Positions 17,455 to 27,623 of a stretch of DNA of 64,000 bases are shown piece by piece. The position numbers and the translations under genes were made by a program. The stretch's first letter is position 1; every line of letters begins with the position of its first letter. The DNA comes from Pseudomonadota bacterium (GTDB taxonomy: Bacteria > Pseudomonadota > Gammaproteobacteria > Steroidobacterales > Steroidobacteraceae). Under the pieces are notes generated by a model that had not been told where the DNA came from, searched no databases, and saw nothing but the letters and a program-made list of their open reading frames with translations. The stretch spans positions 35,871-99,870 of the forward strand of contig JAGTSG010000002.1 in assembly GCA_018261655.1 (NCBI GenBank), given 5' to 3'.

Positions 17455-18219
17455 ATGCGCCGGCCCAGCGTCCTCATCGCCGCAGGCACGGCGGCGTTCC
17501 TGGTGTTTCTCGTCGCCTTCCTGCCGGCATCCCTGCTGCTGCGATTCCTGCCACCGGGCGTGTCACTGGAGCAGGTCAGCGGGACGGTCTGGTGGGGCCG
17601 GGCCGAGTCCGTGGCCGTCAACGTGAAGTCGGCCGGCGGGTTCCGCAACGTCGGCGCGGTACGCTGGCACAACCGGCCGTGGCGGCTGCCCTTGCTGGAC
17701 GTCGACTATGCGGTCGAATTGCGTCCCGCGGGCGGCCTGGTGGAACTCGACGTCACCGTTGGCCGAGGCGGAACGGTCACCCTCGGGAGCGTGACCGGGA
17801 ACTTTCCGCTGCAGGCCGTCGATGGCCTGTTTGCGCCCGCCGGCTGGAAGGGGACCGTCGAACTCGACGTCGAACGGCTCACCCTCGTCTCCGGTTTTCC
17901 ACGCAGCGCCGCCGGCGTGATGCGTGTGCAGGACCTTACCGCGCCGGGCACTCGCGGGGTGAACATCGGTGGTTTCGAGCTGACCCTGGGCGAAGGTGCC
18001 GTGGGCAGCGACGTCATCACCGGGCGACTGCGCGACCTGGGCGGCGGCGCGATGCAGGTGCGCGGGACCCTCGAGCTCAAGCCGGACCGCAGCTACCTGC
18101 TGAGCGGCGAGGTGGCGCCCGGGCCGGAGGCGACCGCGGCGATCAGCCGGACCCTCTCCTTCCTCGGGCCGCCCGATTCACTGGGACGCCGGCCATTCGC
18201 CATCGAGGGCACGCTGTAG
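17455..18219 (+). CDS. gspN: Type II secretion protein GspN
   Basis: 254 aa with an N-terminal TM helix, a GTVWWG motif region, and the last position in the gsp block. Confidence 0.7.
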   Translation: MRRPSVLIAAGTAAFLVFLVAFLPASLLLRFLPPGVSLEQVSGTVWWGRAESVAVNVKSAGGFRNVGAVRWHNRPWRLPLLDVDYAVELRPAGGLVELDVTVGRGGTVTLGSVTGNFPLQAVDGLFAPAGWKGTVELDVERLTLVSGFPRSAAGVMRVQDLTAPGTRGVNIGGFELTLGEGAVGSDVITGRLRDLGGGAMQVRGTLELKPDRSYLLSGEVAPGPEATAAISRTLSFLGPPDSLGRRPFAIEGTL

Positions 18220-18225
18220 GCCCGT

Positions 18226-18247
18226 GGCCGGCGCTCCCGGCCTTTCC
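18226..18247 (+). terminator. Weak intrinsic terminator after gspN
   Basis: GGCCGG-cgctc-CCGGCC followed by TTT. The stem is only 6 bp. Confidence 0.35.
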
Positions 18248-21200
18248 TCAGGGTTGCCACTCCTGCCAGGCATCGAGCAACGGGAAATAGAGCCCGATCC
18301 GCTGCGGCCGCGGGTCGTACAGCTGCATGACCCGGGCGTAGCGCTGCAGCTGCGGCGAATAGCGTTCCACCTCCTGCGCCAGGAACCGGCCCATGTCGGC
18401 GCCTTCGTGCGAACCGGTCTTCCAGTCCACGATCCAGCGCAGGCCGTCGGCGTCCACGAAGGTCCGGTCGATCTTCACGCTGACGAATTCGCCATCGAGG
18501 CAGGCGGTGAGCCCAAGCTCGCTGGCTGCGTCCTTCGTGTCCGGATCGAGCAGCGACGCAGCGGTGCCGCTGCGCGCCAGGTTGTCCACCGCGCGCGCGA
18601 TTCGTTCGATGGCCGCCTCGTGTCGCGCCGCGGGCAGGCCAAGCCGCGCCAGGGCGTCTGACCACTCGCCCGGGCGGCGAGTCAGCGCCGTCGCGGGCAG
18701 CCGGTGCCGGCCAAGCCGCTCGAGCTCGGCGTGCACGATCGTTCCGACCGCTATCGCCTCCTCGCCGGCCCATTCGAACTGCGGCCGAACGGACTCCGGG
18801 CCGGCCCGGACGCGGCGCGTGGTGGGCAGCACGGCGGCCGGTGGCGGTGGTGAGACATGACCGGACTGGAGGCGCCGAAAAGGCGGTGCCGAGCGCCAGG
18901 GGCGGATCTCCGCGGGCGGGGAAGCAAGTCCCCCGCCGTCCACGGCACGGCGGAATGCATCCTCGAAGTCACGCGCGATCGCCGGCCAGAAGAATCCGAG
19001 CAACGATCCATCGCGCGGCTCGACCAGCGACGGCGTGTCGGGTTCCTCCCAGGAGACGCCGACCGAGCCGAGAAGGTGGAGGCGGCGACGCGCCCGCGTG
19101 GCCGCGACGTAGGCCAGCCGGCCGACTTCGAGTCGCGTCCGCTCCCGATCCAGCAGTTTCATCCACGTCTCGAGCGCGTCGCCGGCGCGGCCGTCATCGT
19201 CTCCGCCGCGGCTGGCGAGCACGATGCCGCGCCCCGCCTGCTCCACGGCAACCTGCGTCCAGTAAAGCAGCGGTCGCGGACCGCTCGATACGGCGCGTTC
19301 GAGGCCCGGCAAGACGACGGTGTCGAACTCGAGGCCTTTCGCCTTGTGAATGGTCATCAGCTGGACGCGCGCCGTGACGCTACCGACCGGCGAGGCCATG
19401 AGCCCTTCCACCGCCGCCTCGACCTCGCTCGCGGCCGGCGTGGGTCCGGCCTCGGCGCCGAGCGCATCGAGGGCCAGGAGGCAGGTCTCGACGTTGTCGA
19501 GATCCGGCGGATCGTCCACGGTGGCCGGTCCGCCAAGCGCCAGCCAGCAGCTCTTCACCCACGAGCCGAGCGCCACGCGCCCATGGTCCGACAGGGCGTC
19601 CACCAGTACCGGCAACACGCGGGCGATGCGCCGGCGCCCGTCGCCGGACAGCTGCTGCAGCGCCCCGCGATCCTGGAGGCGCGCAAGGATCGTGGCCTCC
19701 CGGTCGCCGGCGGCCAGCGCGTGCAGGTCGGCCAGCGTCAGTCCACACCACGGGGCACGCAGGATGGCGAGCCACGCAGACCGGTCGCCGGCGTGAAGCA
19801 GCGCCCGCGCCAGGGCCAGAAGGTCGCGGACCGCGGCGCGCTCCGAGAGACCCTCGAGTTCCACGCCGCGATACGCGATGCCCCGGCGCCTAAGCTCCGC
19901 CAGCACGGGCGGCAGCACGCTGCGCGAGCGGACCAGGACGGCGACGCTGCGCGGGTCGCCGGTGGGTTCCGCGCCGTCCTGCGCGAGGCAGTCGATCTCC
20001 GCCAGCGACTGCTCTATGGCGTCCACGACGGCGCGCGCGGCGCGCGTCTCATCGTGACCGGCGAGGGCGTGGACGGTCACACCGGCCCCCGCTTCGTCGT
20101 CGCGGGTCGCGGCGCTCGTCGTGTAGGGGACCGCCCCGCTCTCGTAATCGGCCGACAGGGGCAGCAACGCGCCGAAGACCCGGTTGACCCAGTCGACGAT
20201 CGCGCCGCAGGAGCGGAAGTTGCGCGTCAAAGAGCGCCTGGCCAGGCGCACCCCACCGATCCCGCGTGCCTGCGCCTCGAGGAAGAGCGTGACGTCGGCC
20301 TCGCGGAAGCCGTAGATGGACTGCATCGGGTCGCCGACGCAGAACAGGCTGTGCCCATCGTCGGGCTGCCAGCCCGCGACCAGCCGTTCCAGCAGCCGCT
20401 GCTGGGCCGGCGAGGTGTCCTGGTACTCGTCCACCAGCAGGTGGCGGATGCGGTACTCGAGTGCCTGGGCCAGTTCCGTCGGCGCCTGCTCGCCGCCGAG
20501 GGCCTCGCGGGCCGCTGCCGCCACCGCCGCGTGGTCCGCAAGCCCACGCTCGCCGAAGAGCGCCTGCAACTCGGCAGCCGCGGGCACGAGCCCGCGGCAC
20601 AGCGCCTCGACCCGCGACCACTGGGTGTCCGAATAGCGGTCGGGTGGAAGTCGCCGCAGCTGCGCGAGGGCAGAGACTCGTGCCGGCTCCTCCGCCAGCC
20701 GACCCAGCAGTGCGATCAGGCGCGCCTTGACGGCCTTGTCGTCGGGCGGAAAGCCGTGGCTGCGGTTGACGGTCCTGCGGACCTCGCCCTTTGCGGTCAG
20801 CAGCGTCGTGACCAGGCAGTCCCACTGCGGCCACGCTTTGACCGTCGCGGGCGGCAGCCCGTCCAGACCCACCAGCACTCCCAGCGGCCCGTCCCGGGCA
20901 GCCGCGGCGGCCGTCGCCAGGAGCTCCAGGATTTCCGGCATCGGGCCGCCATCGACGCTGGCACGCAGCCGCTCGAGGCTCGACCGGCGGGCGGCGGCGA
21001 GCAGCGTTTCCATCTCCCTGCGCATGTCGGCAGCCGCAGACAGTTCCAGCACCTTGGGTAACCAGGTCTCGCGGCGGCCCAGCATGTCCGCCACGAGGCC
21101 CTCGAGCCGGGACGGATCGTTGTCGAGCAGGCGTGCCAGCCTGGCGATGTGGCCGGCCAGCTCGTCATCCTGCTCGAGTCGCGAGCCGAAGCGCCGTGCA

Positions 21201-21667
21201 GCCTCGTGGTACAGGGGGCGCGCGTCGTCGAGGAGCTGCGGGGACAGCCCGAGCCGCGCGCTCAGGGGCAGTTTGCCGGCAAGCCAGTGGTTGAGCCCGT
21301 CAATGGTCTGTATGTGCAGCCGCGAGGGGTGACGCTCCAGGTCCCATCCCCGGCGGCGGCTGTTTTCAAGCGCCGCACGCGCCAGCTCCCGGGTAAAGCG
21401 CTCGTGCGCGCCGGTCTCGCCCGGCGGCTCGATCATCGCTCCGGCCAGCGCGGCGACCACGCGGTGGCGCATCTCGGCGGCCGCCTTGCGCGTGAAGGTG
21501 ATGGCCACGATCTCCTCCGGCTGCTCGACTTCGGCCAGCAGCCTGAGGAAGCGCTGCGTCAGGAGGCTCGTCTTGCCCGAGCCGGCGGGCGCCTGCACGA
21601 TGCAGGATGCGGTCGGATCGATCGCTTCGCCACGCGCCTTCTGGTCGAGCGCCGTGAGGTCAGGCAT
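18248..21667 (-). CDS. addA: AddA-type UvrD/Rep-family helicase with a C-terminal RecB-like nuclease
   Basis: Walker A QAPAGSGKTS, UvrD helicase motifs throughout, and a C-terminal PD-(D/E)XK motif (RWIVDWKTG). Overlaps the upstream nuclease gene by 8 nt. Confidence 0.85.
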   Translation of the reverse strand: MPDLTALDQKARGEAIDPTASCIVQAPAGSGKTSLLTQRFLRLLAEVEQPEEIVAITFTRKAAAEMRHRVVAALAGAMIEPPGETGAHERFTRELARAALENSRRRGWDLERHPSRLHIQTIDGLNHWLAGKLPLSARLGLSPQLLDDARPLYHEAARRFGSRLEQDDELAGHIARLARLLDNDPSRLEGLVADMLGRRETWLPKVLELSAAADMRREMETLLAAARRSSLERLRASVDGGPMPEILELLATAAAAARDGPLGVLVGLDGLPPATVKAWPQWDCLVTTLLTAKGEVRRTVNRSHGFPPDDKAVKARLIALLGRLAEEPARVSALAQLRRLPPDRYSDTQWSRVEALCRGLVPAAAELQALFGERGLADHAAVAAAAREALGGEQAPTELAQALEYRIRHLLVDEYQDTSPAQQRLLERLVAGWQPDDGHSLFCVGDPMQSIYGFREADVTLFLEAQARGIGGVRLARRSLTRNFRSCGAIVDWVNRVFGALLPLSADYESGAVPYTTSAATRDDEAGAGVTVHALAGHDETRAARAVVDAIEQSLAEIDCLAQDGAEPTGDPRSVAVLVRSRSVLPPVLAELRRRGIAYRGVELEGLSERAAVRDLLALARALLHAGDRSAWLAILRAPWCGLTLADLHALAAGDREATILARLQDRGALQQLSGDGRRRIARVLPVLVDALSDHGRVALGSWVKSCWLALGGPATVDDPPDLDNVETCLLALDALGAEAGPTPAASEVEAAVEGLMASPVGSVTARVQLMTIHKAKGLEFDTVVLPGLERAVSSGPRPLLYWTQVAVEQAGRGIVLASRGGDDDGRAGDALETWMKLLDRERTRLEVGRLAYVAATRARRRLHLLGSVGVSWEEPDTPSLVEPRDGSLLGFFWPAIARDFEDAFRRAVDGGGLASPPAEIRPWRSAPPFRRLQSGHVSPPPPAAVLPTTRRVRAGPESVRPQFEWAGEEAIAVGTIVHAELERLGRHRLPATALTRRPGEWSDALARLGLPAARHEAAIERIARAVDNLARSGTAASLLDPDTKDAASELGLTACLDGEFVSVKIDRTFVDADGLRWIVDWKTGSHEGADMGRFLAQEVERYSPQLQRYARVMQLYDPRPQRIGLYFPLLDAWQEWQP

Positions 21668-24308
21668 CGCCCTGTCCCTCCTCGGCCGCCTCGGGGTCGG
21701 CTGTCACGCGGCACAGCGTCGCCAGGTGGCAGGTGCGGCAGGTCTGTGGCTGTTTCGGGTCGACCCGGGCGACACCGTCCCGATGCGCGCGGGCCAGGGC
21801 CTCGAGCCAGCCGCTCCACCGTCGCCGGACTTCACTCCAGTCGAACCCGGCTTCCTGCTCGTCGGTGAGCTTGAACTTGTCCGCGGCATCCAGGCCCGGT
21901 AGCAGCCCGGCCGTGGCGCCGATTCCCCTGAACGCCGCCTCGTGAGCGCCCGCCTTCACGAAGGCGATGCCGTCGACACTTTCGCCCGCCAGCAATGCGT
22001 AGAGCGGCAGCTGAGGCGAGTCCGGCCGGGAACCGCGCCACTGGCTCGTGGTCGCGCGCCCGGTCTTGTAGTCGAGGATCAACAGGCCGTCGCCGACGCG
22101 GTCGATGCGGTCGACCCGCAGTTCGAGATCGAGGCCCGCGAACTTCTTCGACAGCGTCGCCTCGATGTCCACGACCTCGAAGGACTCGCGCTGCCGATCC
22201 AGCTCCAGCAGTCGGGTGATGGCCGATCGTTGCCACTCGCGCTCCAGCTCTGCCGCGCGGGGGCCGACTTCGTCCGCCAGCTCACGGGCGATCGCGCGGT
22301 CGAGCGCCGCCCCGACCAGCGCGTCGAGCGCCTCCGGGTCCAGTCGATCCAGGCCGGCCCGGTCGTGCAGGTCGCGCCAGATCGCCTCGAGCGCCGCGTG
22401 CAGCAGGTTGCCCCGTACGCGGGCGTCCACGCCGAGTCCAGGCTCCTCGAGGGGCCTTGCCGCCAGCCTCAGTTCCGCGAAGGCCCGGAACGGGCACTTC
22501 GCCTGCAGCTCGAGGATCCGCGCGCCGCCGTAGCCCCGCTCGACGAGCGGCGGCGCCCGGTCGTCGTCCACGACCTCGAGGCTTGCCGATGCAGCCAGGT
22601 CGGCGGCGTAGTCCGGCACCGGGACCATTGGCTCATGGCCCCGAAGTCCGGCCGGAATGAGGCGGCTCGGTTCCGCGGCCGCGTCGTCCACGCGCAGCGG
22701 CCAGCTGAACACGACCTCCCCGGCACTTCCCTGCCATGCTGCGACCGTCCGCAGCGCTTGCGCGAGCGTGTCCTCGGCGCTGGCTCCGGGAATCCCGAGC
22801 CGTCGCTGCAGGCCGCGCGGCAGGAACGGGTCCTGGGTCACGGCACGGGGCCATTGCGCCGCCGTCAGCCCCGAGATCCACAGGCCGTCGAAGCCGATCC
22901 CGGGCGGCTCGAGGGAATCGTAAATCCACACCGACGGCTGGCCTCGCTCCGGCTGGAAGGGAGCGGCGACGGCGCGTGCGAACTCCGCGAGCGCCTCCCC
23001 GGCCGTCAGCAGCGGCGCGGTGCGCGCCAGGCCGGCGAATTCAGCGAGCCGGTCCCGCAAGGCCTCGGCCGCCTGGAACTCGTCGCTGGCCAGGGGCCCC
23101 GCGCCCGGCCAGCCCCAGGCGGCCAGCACCTCACCGAAGCACCGTGCCCAGGCGTCCGTCGGCCGACGTCGGGCGCCCTCGGCCAGCACGCGCCTTGCGG
23201 CCTCGATCCCGCTGGCGATTGCAGGACATTCCGCTGCACGAGCACGCCGTGCGAGCTCAGCGCCCGGCCATTCGAAGGTGCCGTTACGGCGCAGGCCGAT
23301 GTCGAACCGGGTGCGATCATCCGGCCCATCGGCAGCCGCCACGTGGCGCGAGCGCAGCAGGCGGCTGAAGACCGTGAACTCCACGCGCGCTGCCGACGCG
23401 GCGAGGCAGTCGAGCGCCGCCTGGCCGATGCCCAGGGCGTCCAGCGGCTCGCCGCCCGCCAGGTCGAACACCCGGTCATGCTCCCGCGCGCCCGGCAGCC
23501 CGAGCTGCGGCTGCAGCGCGGCTTCGAGGCGCCGCTCGATCCAGGCCCGCCGCGCCGCGAGGTCGGGGACGATCACCGCGAGCCTCGCCCCGGAGTCCGC
23601 CGCGAGACGCGCACGCAGCCAGGCCAGCCAGCTGTCGGACTCGGCGACCGGGTCCGCGGCGGCACAGGTGCGTCCGCCGTGCGCCTCGGCGGCCAGGGGG
23701 GCGATGTCGGCTTGCCAGCCCTGGGCCACGAGGCCTCGGAGCAGCGCATGAAGCGCCGGTACAGGTCGATCGAACCCGGCCAGCAGCAGGGGACCGCCGA
23801 CCTCGATGGAGGCTGCCTGGGCCGCTACAGCGGGCAACAGGAGCCCCGGATCGACCCGGCCCTCGTCCCGCAGCTGGCCGGTGACGTACCGTGCCCAGTC
23901 CCGGAACTGGCGCTGGTCGCCGGTGAGGACCTCGCGATCCAGCATCCCGAGGTCACCGCCATGCAAGGCGAGCCGTTGCCAGGCGTGGCGGGCCGCTCCC
24001 GACAGGTCTGCCATCGCGACCAGCGTGGAATCCACGATTCCCTCGGCGCCGCGCCGCCATGACCACGCGACCTGCCCCTCGGTCAGCAACAACGGCAGAG
24101 CGCGATCGCGCTCGGTGGCCTCGCGCCAGCGAGCGCCGAGCCAGGCGTCGAGAGGCAGCACGTTGGCGCTGGGCCAGCAGCGCAGGCCGGCCCCGAACCG
24201 CGCCTGGTCGTAAAGGCGGCGGATGATGCGGGCCTGGCGGCGGGTCGCGGTGAGGACCGTGCCGCCGGACTCCAGGTGGGCGATGAAGCGGGCGTTGAGA
24301 GCGTGCAT
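21660..24308 (-). CDS. addB: AddB-like PD-(D/E)XK nuclease with a 4-Cys Fe-S cluster staple
   Basis: C-terminal VDRIDRV...LILDYKTG nuclease motif, flanked by Cys in QAKCPFRAF and by CRTCHLATLC. No obvious Walker A at the N-terminus. Confidence 0.75.
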   Translation of the reverse strand: MHALNARFIAHLESGGTVLTATRRQARIIRRLYDQARFGAGLRCWPSANVLPLDAWLGARWREATERDRALPLLLTEGQVAWSWRRGAEGIVDSTLVAMADLSGAARHAWQRLALHGGDLGMLDREVLTGDQRQFRDWARYVTGQLRDEGRVDPGLLLPAVAAQAASIEVGGPLLLAGFDRPVPALHALLRGLVAQGWQADIAPLAAEAHGGRTCAAADPVAESDSWLAWLRARLAADSGARLAVIVPDLAARRAWIERRLEAALQPQLGLPGAREHDRVFDLAGGEPLDALGIGQAALDCLAASAARVEFTVFSRLLRSRHVAAADGPDDRTRFDIGLRRNGTFEWPGAELARRARAAECPAIASGIEAARRVLAEGARRRPTDAWARCFGEVLAAWGWPGAGPLASDEFQAAEALRDRLAEFAGLARTAPLLTAGEALAEFARAVAAPFQPERGQPSVWIYDSLEPPGIGFDGLWISGLTAAQWPRAVTQDPFLPRGLQRRLGIPGASAEDTLAQALRTVAAWQGSAGEVVFSWPLRVDDAAAEPSRLIPAGLRGHEPMVPVPDYAADLAASASLEVVDDDRAPPLVERGYGGARILELQAKCPFRAFAELRLAARPLEEPGLGVDARVRGNLLHAALEAIWRDLHDRAGLDRLDPEALDALVGAALDRAIARELADEVGPRAAELEREWQRSAITRLLELDRQRESFEVVDIEATLSKKFAGLDLELRVDRIDRVGDGLLILDYKTGRATTSQWRGSRPDSPQLPLYALLAGESVDGIAFVKAGAHEAAFRGIGATAGLLPGLDAADKFKLTDEQEAGFDWSEVRRRWSGWLEALARAHRDGVARVDPKQPQTCRTCHLATLCRVTADPEAAEEGQGDA

Positions 24309-24355
24309 GGGTGGCGTGTCGCAGGCGTCGCGACGAGGTTACGCCACCCCCTGGC

Positions 24356-25612
24356 TCACTGGACGGCCCTGAGGACCCCGCCCCTCGACTTGCCGCTGGC
24401 CCAGGAGTCGAGTTCGTCCTCGATGCGGGTGAACACGGTGGCCAGCGTCTCGGCGTCCGGCAGGTTGGTGATACGGAAGTGATCGTGGTACGGCGCGTTG
24501 AAGCTGACGCCGGGAGCCACGAGCACGTGCCGGTTCTCGAGCAGGTCCATCGCGAAGGCCTGGTCGTCGAATGACGGCAAGCGGTCGCTGGCGACGCGGA
24601 CGAAGGCGTACATCGCGCCCCGCGGCGGGGTCAGCTGCAGGTACTTGCTGCGCGCGACGCCGTCGATGATCGCCTGGCGGGACTGGTACAGGCGACCGCC
24701 CGGGGTCACGAGGTCGCGGATACTCTGGTACCCGCCCAGCGCCGTCTGCACCGCCCATTGCCCCGGCACGTTGCTGCACAGCCGCAGCGAACTCAGCAGC
24801 TCGAGGCCCTGCAGGTACTCCTGCGCCTTGTCCCGCGTCCCCGAGAACGAGGCCCAGCCCACGCGGTAGCCGCAGGCACGGTAGACCTTGGACAGTCCCG
24901 ACAACGTCCCGCAGAGCGTGTCGTGGACCAGCGTGGCCATCGGCACGAACCGGGCATCGTCGTAGGTCATGCCGTCGTAGATCTCGTCGGCGAACACGAC
25001 CAGCCGATGCCGCTCGGCGATCTGCGCGATGGCCGCGAGCGTCTCGCGGGAATACACCGCGCCTGTCGGATTGTTCGGATTGATCACCACGATGGCGCGC
25101 GTACGCCGCGTGACCAGCCGCTCGATCTCGCCCGGGTCCGGCTCGAAGCCGCGTTCCGGACGGCAGGGGTAATGGACGGCCTTGCCGCCGTTGAGCGTGA
25201 CGGCGGCGGTCCACAGCGGGTAGTCCGGGCTCGGGACCAGGACCTCGTCGTCACCCTCGAGCAGGGCACGCAGCACCAGGTCGATCAGCTCGCTGACGCC
25301 GTTGCCGATGAACACGTCTTCCGCCGTGACGTCCCGCACGCCACGGTCCTGCTGCTGCATGACGACGGCCTCGCGGGCCGGGAAGATGCCCTTCTGGTGG
25401 CAGTACCCTTCGGCGGCCGGCATGTTCTCGATCATCGCAAGCCGCATCGTCTCCGGCGTCCGGAAGCCGAAGGCGCCCGGATTGCCGATATTGAGGGAAA
25501 TGACCTCGTAGCCCAGGCGCTCCATCTCGTGCGCCCGGCGCGCCAGCCGGCCACGGATCTCGTAGCGAACGTTGGCGAGGCTCGAACTGGCGGGAATCTG
25601 CGTCTTCGGCAT
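24356..25612 (-). CDS. alaA: Glutamate-pyruvate (alanine) aminotransferase, AlaA/AlaC family
   Basis: Collinear similarity to E. coli AlaA over nearly the full length as I recall it, e.g. NIGNPGAFGF, FIGNGVSELI, VPSPDYPLWTAAV, INPNNPTGAVYS, FADEIYD and GLSKVYRACGYRVGW. ATG at 25612. Confidence 0.85.
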   Translation of the reverse strand: MPKTQIPASSSLANVRYEIRGRLARRAHEMERLGYEVISLNIGNPGAFGFRTPETMRLAMIENMPAAEGYCHQKGIFPAREAVVMQQQDRGVRDVTAEDVFIGNGVSELIDLVLRALLEGDDEVLVPSPDYPLWTAAVTLNGGKAVHYPCRPERGFEPDPGEIERLVTRRTRAIVVINPNNPTGAVYSRETLAAIAQIAERHRLVVFADEIYDGMTYDDARFVPMATLVHDTLCGTLSGLSKVYRACGYRVGWASFSGTRDKAQEYLQGLELLSSLRLCSNVPGQWAVQTALGGYQSIRDLVTPGGRLYQSRQAIIDGVARSKYLQLTPPRGAMYAFVRVASDRLPSFDDQAFAMDLLENRHVLVAPGVSFNAPYHDHFRITNLPDAETLATVFTRIEDELDSWASGKSRGGVLRAVQ

Positions 25613-25711
25613 GCGTCGGGTCCGATGGAAGGGCTTTCGAAGCATAGCGCAACCGCGCCGGCGGGTTCATCCCCGGCGGGCGACGTCGAACCATTGAACG
25701 AAACGAGGCGC

Positions 25712-26488
25712 CTACAGCCCGAGGAACAGGATCGCGGCTGCGCAGGCGGACAGCGTCGCCCCGGCGATCGCGTGCGACCACTTCTCCATCCCATGGGCCC
25801 GCGCGCCGAGCGCGTCGAGCCCGCGCCGGACGCCGAACACCGCCAGCAGCATGGTGGCAATCGTCGCCAGGCCGAAAGTGACGCAGACCGCCGCGACCGC
25901 CAGCCAGTGGGCCTGCGCCGCCGGATACATGAGCACCGGGATCAGCGGCTCGCACGGCCCGAAGACGAAGATGATGAACAGGGTCCACGGCGTCGCCAGC
26001 GCGGCAGCGCGACCGGCCTCCTTCGCAACGGGCGCGAAGGTCACCGCATCGGCGACCGGCAGGGTCGCCACGTGCGGATGAACGTGCGGCGCCAGCCGAT
26101 GGTCATGGTCGTGGCTGTGGCGCGTCCCGTCTGCGTGGACGTGCAGGTGCGAGTGCGTCTCGCCCCGCAGGGCCCGCTTGACCCCCCACACCAGGTAGGC
26201 GAGCCCGAAACCGAACAGCAGCCAGGCCGCGATGTCGCCCCGCCAGGCCTCGACGTGAACCAGCCGCTCGACGGCGGTCCCCGCCGCGATGCCGATCGCG
26301 CCGATCAGGATGGAACCCAGGACGTGGCCGACGCCGCAGGAGGCAGTGATCGCCGCGGTCCGGGCATCGGTCCACGCCCGGGCCTTCGACAGCGCGACGA
26401 ACGGCAGGTAGTGGTCCGGGCCGAGCAGCGTGTGAACCACGCCGATCGAGGCGGCGGTCAGCAGCAGCAGTGCAAGATCAGGCGCCAT
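25712..26488 (-). CDS. NicO/RcnA-like metal (Ni/Co-type) transporter with a His-rich loop
   Basis: Polytopic membrane protein with GPDHYLPF at the start and the central loop HSHLHVHADGTRHSHDHDHRLAPHVHPHV. Confidence 0.65.
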   Translation of the reverse strand: MAPDLALLLLTAASIGVVHTLLGPDHYLPFVALSKARAWTDARTAAITASCGVGHVLGSILIGAIGIAAGTAVERLVHVEAWRGDIAAWLLFGFGLAYLVWGVKRALRGETHSHLHVHADGTRHSHDHDHRLAPHVHPHVATLPVADAVTFAPVAKEAGRAAALATPWTLFIIFVFGPCEPLIPVLMYPAAQAHWLAVAAVCVTFGLATIATMLLAVFGVRRGLDALGARAHGMEKWSHAIAGATLSACAAAILFLGL

Positions 26489-26627
26489 GGCTCCCGTTCA
26501 CGAAAGTCCCTTGCATACCTGGTGTGTAGATTGTGGGAGGGCCCGCCCCCGGCGCATTCGCGTAAACCCTGATGAGGCCGCCAGGTGGCGCCAGGCGGGC
26601 CATCGTGCCTGTCTTCCGGCCTCCCGG

Positions 26628-27623
26628 TCAGTCCTCGCGGCGCGGCACCCCGCCGGGCCACTCACGCCAGCGGTGACAGGCGACCTGGTGCCCGGGCCGC
26701 GCCTCGTCGAGCGCTGGCCGGGCGCGGCGGCAAAGGTCATTGGCCCAGGCACAACGCGTGCTGAAGACGCAACCCTGCGGAGGGGCCAGGGGCGACGGGA
26801 GCTCCCCGGCGAGCGGCACCCGGGCTGGCCGGCCCGGCTCGGGCGACGGAACGGCATCGAGCAGGGCCCGCGTGTAAGGGTGTAGCGGGCGTCCGTAGAT
26901 GTCGTCGCGCCCGCCCTGCTCCATCGGCCGGCCGAGGTACATCACGAGCACCCTCGTGCTGAGGTGGCGCACCACGGCGAGGTTGTGGCTGATGAACACG
27001 AGGGCCAACCCGAGCTCGCCCTGCAGGCCGGCCAGCAGGTTGACGACCTGTCCCTGGACCGAGACATCGAGCGCGCTGACGGGTTCGTCGCAGACGATGA
27101 TGGAGGGCTTCAGGATGATCGCCCGCGCGATGCCGACGCGCTGGCACTGCCCGCCGCTGAATTCGTGCGGGTATCGGTCGGCGTGCGCGGGCGCCAGCCC
27201 CACCTGCGACAGCACGCCGGCGACGCGGGCACGCCGCTCGTTACGGCTCATGCGGGGCTCGAAGATCTCGAGCGGCTCTGCCACGGACTGCCCCACGGTC
27301 ATGCGCGGGTCCAGGCTGCCCTGCGGGTCCTGGAAGACCATTTGTGCGTGGCGTCGCAGGTCACGGAGACGCGCGTCCGACTGCCGGTCCAGCCGGTGGC
27401 CGTCGACCGACACGGTGCCCGCCGCCAGGGGGACGAGACCGAGCAGGGCCCGTCCCAGCGTGCTCTTGCCGCAGCCCGACTCGCCGACGACGCCCAGGGT
27501 CTCGCCACGCCCCAGCGTGAATCCAACGCCTTCGACGGCGGTCAGCAGGCGCTGCCGGGGCCAGGTCCCGCCGCCAACACGGAAGCGGACGCCGACATTC
27601 GCGGCCTGCAGGACCGCGTTCAC
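26628..27623 (-). CDS. Peptide-type ABC transporter ATP-binding protein (OppF/DppF-like)
   Basis: Walker [10 protein letters not shown], signature FSGGQCQR, Walker B IIVCDEP, and a C-terminal oligopeptide-transporter domain (CVFSTRC). GTG start at 27623 overlaps the upstream stop (GTGA). Confidence 0.85.
   Translation of the reverse strand: MNAVLQAANVGVRFRVGGGTWPRQRLLTAVEGVGFTLGRGETLGVVGESGCGKSTLGRALLGLVPLAAGTVSVDGHRLDRQSDARLRDLRRHAQMVFQDPQGSLDPRMTVGQSVAEPLEIFEPRMSRNERRARVAGVLSQVGLAPAHADRYPHEFSGGQCQRVGIARAIILKPSIIVCDEPVSALDVSVQGQVVNLLAGLQGELGLALVFISHNLAVVRHLSTRVLVMYLGRPMEQGGRDDIYGRPLHPYTRALLDAVPSPEPGRPARVPLAGELPSPLAPPQGCVFSTRCAWANDLCRRARPALDEARPGHQVACHRWREWPGGVPRRED

Noticed and set aside
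26489-26627. Possible NiCo (czcD-type) riboswitch upstream of the His-rich NicO/RcnA-like transporter.
   Set aside because: The 139-nt leader shows only a CTCCC...GGGAG pairing that could mask the Shine-Dalgarno sequence. I could not find the four-way junction or the conserved ACAG/GGGCA-type blocks.
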